From positions 3,087 to 67,086 of the forward strand of contig JAHDOI010000009.1 of the NCBI GenBank assembly GCA_018434945.1: a stretch of DNA of 64,000 nucleotides. The letters are read 5' to 3'. This document shows positions 59,772-64,000 of the stretch, in pieces; position 1 is the stretch's first letter, and the number at the start of each line of letters is the position of its first letter. The position numbers were made by a program, and so were the translations under genes. The stretch is from Selenomonadales bacterium (lineage in GTDB: Bacteria > Bacillota > Negativicutes > Sporomusales > UBA7701). Under the pieces are notes generated by a model. It saw nothing but the letters and a program-made list of their open reading frames with translations, made no database searches and was not told the DNA's origin.

Positions 59772-61310
59772 CTACTCCTCATTAATCCAAGCCTTGACAA
59801 GCTGGGCCACCTCTTCCGGTTTCGCCTTGGCCATCTTCGCGATCGCTTCCCGTTGCGCGGCGCGCTCCTTCTCCTGCGGCGTAAGCTCCTTAGCCGCGGC
59901 CGACTCCATAATATGGGCAGGCTGCTGCATCGGGATCTCCATCACCTCAGGCTCGTCCGGCTGGCGCTTGCGCAGGAACGTGCGCACCACATACAGCACC
60001 GCCAGCAGCGCCACCGCCGCCACCGCCAGCTTCATATACAAAGCCTGCTTCTGCTGCTGCGCCAGCTCCTCCTCCTCGCGTTTCTGCCGGTCGGCCAGCT
60101 CGGTGCTGAACGGGATACTCTCCACCGAAATCACGTCACCGCGGGCCGCGTTATAGCCCACGGCCGACGACACCGCCTTCAGGATACTCTCCCGCTGGGC
60201 GTTATTCACATTCGCGTCCACCAGCACAGATACCGCCAGGCGGCGGATCGAGCCGGGAGCAACGACAGTCTTTTCCTTCAGCTCATTAATCTCATAATTG
60301 CGGGTTGATTCCTTCTTCTCATACTGCGACTGACCCTGATTGGTCGTCACATAACCGGGAATATTGGTAGTCGTCCCGGGCACCCCGCCCTGTTGGGGAG
60401 TCGTGCCCTTGAAACTCTCGCTCACATCCTGCGAACTCCTGATAATCCCCTTATCGTCCACCACCGGCTCGAACACCTGGCGGTCCACCGTCCGCAGATC
60501 GAAATTCAGCTCCACGCTCACCCGCACGGCCGTCTTATTCGGGCCGAGCACCTGTTCCAGCAGCGACTGCACACTCTTCTGCAGATTATCCTGAACCTTC
60601 TTCGTCATCTCCAGCTGGGTCAGCGAAGCGGCGGTCGGCAGTTGCTGCGATTCGGGCTGATCGTTCAGCACGCGGGCGAAATTATCCACAACCGTCACAT
60701 TCTCGGGCTTGAGGCTCTGGATACTGTGGGCGACCAGATTGACGATACCCTTAACCTGCTCGCGCGACAACTGGGCTGAGGGACGCAGCTTCAGCATAAT
60801 CGACGCCGTCGCCGGCTTCTCATTGCGCTTATACAGACTATCCTCAGGCAGGACGATATGTACCCTGGCCTTCTCCACCTCGGCCATCTGCTCGATCGTG
60901 CGCGTCAGCTCCCCCTGGAGAGCCTGGAGATAATAAACCTTATTCTGAAACTCAGTCGCCCCGAACTTATTCTGGTCGAAAATCTCAAAACCCTTATAAC
61001 CGCGCGGCAAGCCCTGGCTCGCCAGATCGAGGCGCACGCGGTAAACATCCTTGGACGACACCAAAATAGCCGTCCCGTTGTTGCCGATCTCGTACGGTAT
61101 CTTCAGCTCCTTAAGCTTTGCGGCAACCTCGCCGGCATCCTTGGCATCCATCCCGGTAAACAGCGGCACATTTTCGGGCCGTCCGCCCCACCACACGCTC
61201 CAGCCGATGATGGCCACGAACAGCAGCACCGCCGCCCCGATGATCATATACCGTTCCCGTTTGCCGATATTCTGCCAGAGGCTTATTGACTGTTCCTTCC
61301 AGTCGGCCAT
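59772..61310 (-). CDS. fliF: Flagellar M-ring protein
   Basis: GFEIFDQ, ALQGELTRTI, ARVHIVLP, AIAKMAKAKPEEVA. Confidence 0.97.
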   Translation of the reverse strand: MADWKEQSISLWQNIGKRERYMIIGAAVLLFVAIIGWSVWWGGRPENVPLFTGMDAKDAGEVAAKLKELKIPYEIGNNGTAILVSSKDVYRVRLDLASQGLPRGYKGFEIFDQNKFGATEFQNKVYYLQALQGELTRTIEQMAEVEKARVHIVLPEDSLYKRNEKPATASIMLKLRPSAQLSREQVKGIVNLVAHSIQSLKPENVTVVDNFARVLNDQPESQQLPTAASLTQLEMTKKVQDNLQKSVQSLLEQVLGPNKTAVRVSVELNFDLRTVDRQVFEPVVDDKGIIRSSQDVSESFKGTTPQQGGVPGTTTNIPGYVTTNQGQSQYEKKESTRNYEINELKEKTVVAPGSIRRLAVSVLVDANVNNAQRESILKAVSSAVGYNAARGDVISVESIPFSTELADRQKREEEELAQQQKQALYMKLAVAAVALLAVLYVVRTFLRKRQPDEPEVMEIPMQQPAHIMESAAAKELTPQEKERAAQREAIAKMAKAKPEEVAQLVKAWINEE

Positions 61311-61360
61311 GGCCACACCTCTCCAAGTGACAATTAAGGACCGAGGCTATCGCCCGGCTA

Positions 61361-61663
61361 TTAAACCTGCATCCGCATCATTTCCTGATAAGCCTCGACA
61401 ACCTTGTTCCGCACCTGCATGGTAAGCTGCAACGCGATCGTCGCCTTCTCGGTGGCGATTACGACCTCGGAAACATCCTGGATCCTGCCTGCGGCCAAAT
61501 TGATCGACGCCTGCTGGGCATCAAGCTGCAGCTTGTTCACCTCGCCAAGGCTGTCGGCGAGAATCTGGCCGAAACTCTTGCCGCCCTCGGCGGCTGCCGG
61601 GGAAGCACCCGCGGCCGTGCGGGCCGCGCCTGCGGGCGTAAGGGCGATCGGATCAATGCGCAT
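61361..61663 (-). CDS. fliE: Flagellar hook-basal body protein
   Basis: LQLTMQVRNKVVEAYQEMMRMQV. Confidence 0.98.
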   Translation of the reverse strand: MRIDPIALTPAGAARTAAGASPAAAEGGKSFGQILADSLGEVNKLQLDAQQASINLAAGRIQDVSEVVIATEKATIALQLTMQVRNKVVEAYQEMMRMQV

Positions 61664-61680
61664 AACGATTCCTCCTCAGC

Positions 61681-62115
61681 CTAACGGCCAATTTCCAGAG
61701 CCTTCGTAGCCATCCCCTTGGCGGCGTTCACCGCCGTAACATTCGCCTCATAAGCACGCGTGGCCGTCATCATATCCACCATCTCGGCCACCACATTCAC
61801 GTTCGGCATCGACACATACCCCTCGGCGTTGGCATCGGGATGCTTCGGATCGTACACCGTCTTAAACGGCGAACTGTCCTTCACGATACCGACCACCCGC
61901 ACCCCGGAGCCTGCTTCGAAACTCGCCGCCAGCACCTGGCCGAATGTCGCGTTCGGCGACCTGGGAGCGAACACCACCATCTGGCGGCGGTATGGACCGC
62001 CATCGGCCGTCCTGGTCGAATTGACATTGGCGAGATTATTGGCGATAACATCCAGCCGCAGGCGTTCGGCCGTCATCCCTGACGCCGCTGCGTCAATAGC
62101 CCCGAACATCCCCAT
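61681..62115 (-). CDS. flgC: Flagellar basal-body rod protein FlgC
   Basis: IANNLANV, YDPKHPDA, MPNVN, RAYEAN. Confidence 0.98.
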   Translation of the reverse strand: MGMFGAIDAAASGMTAERLRLDVIANNLANVNSTRTADGGPYRRQMVVFAPRSPNATFGQVLAASFEAGSGVRVVGIVKDSSPFKTVYDPKHPDANAEGYVSMPNVNVVAEMVDMMTATRAYEANVTAVNAAKGMATKALEIGR

Positions 62116-62117
62116 CG

Positions 62118-62525
62118 TCAACTACCTCCCCTGATCGCCGTCTTCAGATTCGAAAAATAACTGCCGAGCTGCTGGGCGACCGCGTTGTAATAAATCGTGT
62201 TCTTGGCCACATTCGCCATCTCGGCGTCGATATCCACATTATTGCCGTCCGTCCGCAGGGAAGTCTTCGTATCCGTCACCACCGCCGGCGAAAAGCCATC
62301 GCCCTGGCGGCCCGGCAGATGCTTGGCATGGGTGCGGGTCAACCCCGCCCTCTTGCCGGCCATCGCCGCCGCCAGCTTCTCCTCGAACACCACATCGCTC
62401 TTCTTGAATCCTGGTGTGTTCACATTGGCGATATTGTTCGCGATGACCTTATGGCGCAGGGAAGCCGCTCCCAAAGCCTGCTCAAGGACCGATTCCTGAG
62501 ATGACGATAAAATCGATTTAACCAC
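62118..62525 (-). CDS. flgB: Flagellar basal-body rod protein FlgB
   Basis: ANNIANVNTPGFK, DGNNVDID. GTG start placed at 62525. Confidence 0.98.
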   Translation of the reverse strand: MVKSILSSSQESVLEQALGAASLRHKVIANNIANVNTPGFKKSDVVFEEKLAAAMAGKRAGLTRTHAKHLPGRQGDGFSPAVVTDTKTSLRTDGNNVDIDAEMANVAKNTIYYNAVAQQLGSYFSNLKTAIRGGS

Positions 62526-62580
62526 AAGATAGCCCCCCAATCACCTGAAAAATAAAGATAAAAATACTATATCTTTTGCA

Positions 62581-62609
62581 TCATTCTACATAATTCAGGA
62601 AAATCCTTT
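62581..62609 (-). promoter_or_regulatory. SigH-like promoter heading the fla/che cluster
   Basis: AAAGGATTT-N11-GTAGAATGA, near-perfect match to consensus, ~56 nt upstream of the flgB start. Confidence 0.7.
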
Positions 62610-62810
62610 CACAAATAACGCTATTATGTCTCATAGCGACGAAAATTCCCCGGTAAATTTGTGAAAACCGTCAATATACGCCAGATAACCGCTATATTAC
62701 GACAAAAATCACCCCTTCACCGCTGCATTAACCCCCCCCCCTGCCCTCCCTGGCGGATATCGCATGTCACTATATAATTCGTCACACTGTACGCACAAAT
62801 TAAGCGTATT

Positions 62811-62840
62811 AAAAAAACGGCCCGCCGGATGGCGGGCCGT
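62811..62840 (-). terminator. codY intrinsic terminator
   Basis: ACGGCCCGCC/GGCGGGCCGT stem plus T tract. Confidence 0.9.
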
Positions 62841-62843
62841 CCC

Positions 62844-63620
62844 CTACTTCTTCATCTTCTTAAGCTCATCGAGCAGCCGCTCGTTCAGCACCTTTATATA
62901 CGTCCCCTTCATCCCCAGCGACTTCGACTCGATCACGCCCGCGCTCTCGAACTTCCTGAGCGCGTTCACGATAACCGAACGGGTGATGCCGACGCGGTCG
63001 GCGATCTTGCTCGCCACCAGCAGACCCTCGTTGCCCTCGAGCTCGCCGAGGATATGCATCACAGCCTCCAGCTCGGAATACGACAGCGTACCGAGCGCCA
63101 CCTGCACCGTCGCCTTTTTGCGGGCCTCCTCCTCGATCTTCTCGCTGCGGTCGCGGAGAATCTCCATCCCGACGACCGTCGCGCCGTACTCGGCCAGGAT
63201 AAGATCGTCATCGGTGAACTCACGCTCGAACTTCGCGACGATAAGAGTGCCGATACGCTCGCCGCCGCCGTGGATGGGGATAATCGTCGTGAACTTATCG
63301 TTGGCGATACAAGTCGTATTCTCGGCGAACGCGCACAACCCGTTCTCCAGACGAAGATTGGGCGAAGTCTCCTGGATCTTGAGCAGAAACTCCACATACC
63401 TGCCGGGGAACTGTCCGATGGACAAAACCCGTTCCTTCATGATATCGCACTCGAACTGATCGATGAGCGCATAGCCCAGCACTGCGCCTTCCCTGCTGAC
63501 GATGTAGACATTCGAGCTCATAACCTGGCTCAGAACAGAAGAAATCTCTTCATATTTGACTTTGTCGGATTTTTGCAGCAAACGATTAATTTTCCGGGTA
63601 CGGTCCAACATTGACGACAC
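62844..63620 (-). CDS. codY: GTP/BCAA-sensing transcriptional regulator
   Basis: [47 protein letters not shown]. Confidence 0.99.
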   Translation of the reverse strand: MSSMLDRTRKINRLLQKSDKVKYEEISSVLSQVMSSNVYIVSREGAVLGYALIDQFECDIMKERVLSIGQFPGRYVEFLLKIQETSPNLRLENGLCAFAENTTCIANDKFTTIIPIHGGGERIGTLIVAKFEREFTDDDLILAEYGATVVGMEILRDRSEKIEEEARKKATVQVALGTLSYSELEAVMHILGELEGNEGLLVASKIADRVGITRSVIVNALRKFESAGVIESKSLGMKGTYIKVLNERLLDELKKMKK

Positions 63621-63704
63621 TGTGATCAATCCTGCCTTTCGCTAGACATATTCTCTCTAGTCGGCTGCCTTCAAACCAGCCTTAATTCTTGGTTTTTCTC
63701 TCCC

Positions 63705-64000
63705 CTATAAAATAAACTGGCTCAGATCCTGATTGACGACAATCGCGTCAAGCTTGCCCTTCACATACGCGCGGTCGATATGCACATTGTCGGCGGCAGT
63801 GTCGGGAGCCTCGAAGGCCAGATCCTCGAGCAGCTTCTCCAGGATAGTGTGGAGCCGCCGCGCGCCGATGTTCTCAGTCTGCGCGTTCACCTTGCAGGCG
63901 ATCTCGGCAAGCTCATCGATAGCATCTTCGCCAAAATTGACGGCAATCCCTTCCGTGGCCAGCAAAGAAGTGTATTGCTTGAGCAGCGCGTTGGCCGGCT
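63705..64000 (-). CDS. hslU: ATP-dependent protease ATPase subunit, C-terminal part (truncated by window edge)
   Basis: [26 protein letters not shown]; the frame runs off the window. Confidence 0.96.
   Translation of the reverse strand, partial: PANALLKQYTSLLATEGIAVNFGEDAIDELAEIACKVNAQTENIGARRLHTILEKLLEDLAFEAPDTAADNVHIDRAYVKGKLDAIVVNQDLSQFIL

Noticed and set aside
62526-62810. C. difficile-like invertible flagellar switch or c-di-GMP riboswitch upstream of flgB
   Set aside because: Only 10-bp IRs around 40 bp, no recombinase in the window, and no GEMM core (GCAAA/GAAA tetraloop-receptor) visible. The predicted leader is only ~50 nt.
62526-62810. SigD promoter (TAAA-N15-GCCGATAT), CodY boxes and a Rex box in the fla and che upstream regions
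   Set aside because: The best CodY matches have 4 or more mismatches in 15. SigD-like -10 elements lack a correctly spaced -35. The Rex half-sites are in the wrong order and spacing.

Overview
This is a high-GC, core-genome window from an endospore-forming, flagellated Firmicute. Gene content and protein features (exonuclease-less PolC, short EF-Ts, SLT in the fla operon) suggest a diderm Negativicute such as the Sporomusaceae; that assignment is inference. Almost everything is on the minus strand. Read right to left it follows Bacillus/Clostridium synteny: hslU (partial), codY, a ~32 kb fla/che cluster (flgB to fliA, fapA, swrB-like), rpsB-tsf-pyrH-frr, a small ORF, uppS-cdsA-dxr-rseP-ispG-proS-polC, rimP-nusA-ylxR-ylxQ-infB-rbfA-nrnA-truB-ribF, rpsO, pnp, a ylxY-like deacetylase, a GH18 hydrolase plus amidase pair, an M16 peptidase and dut. 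These converge on a partial MBL hydrolase on the + strand. No rRNA, tRNA, CRISPR array or mobile element was seen, and the many long + strand ORFs are GC shadows. The best leads are: a PASTA-like mini-protein whose stop codon sits in the loop of a hairpin just before uppS; FlhB starting inside fliR with an extension ending in a Prp-like FDLQLF motif; a shared N-terminal module on two exported wall hydrolases; IF2 with a tandem Pro/Gly/Gln repeat; PolC lacking its proofreading exonuclease, with candidate tandem NrdR boxes upstream; motA without motB; duplicated domains in FlgE and FlgD; recurrent SigH-type promoters, including at flgB; and a structured flgE leader. All motif calls were made by eye and no searches were run.
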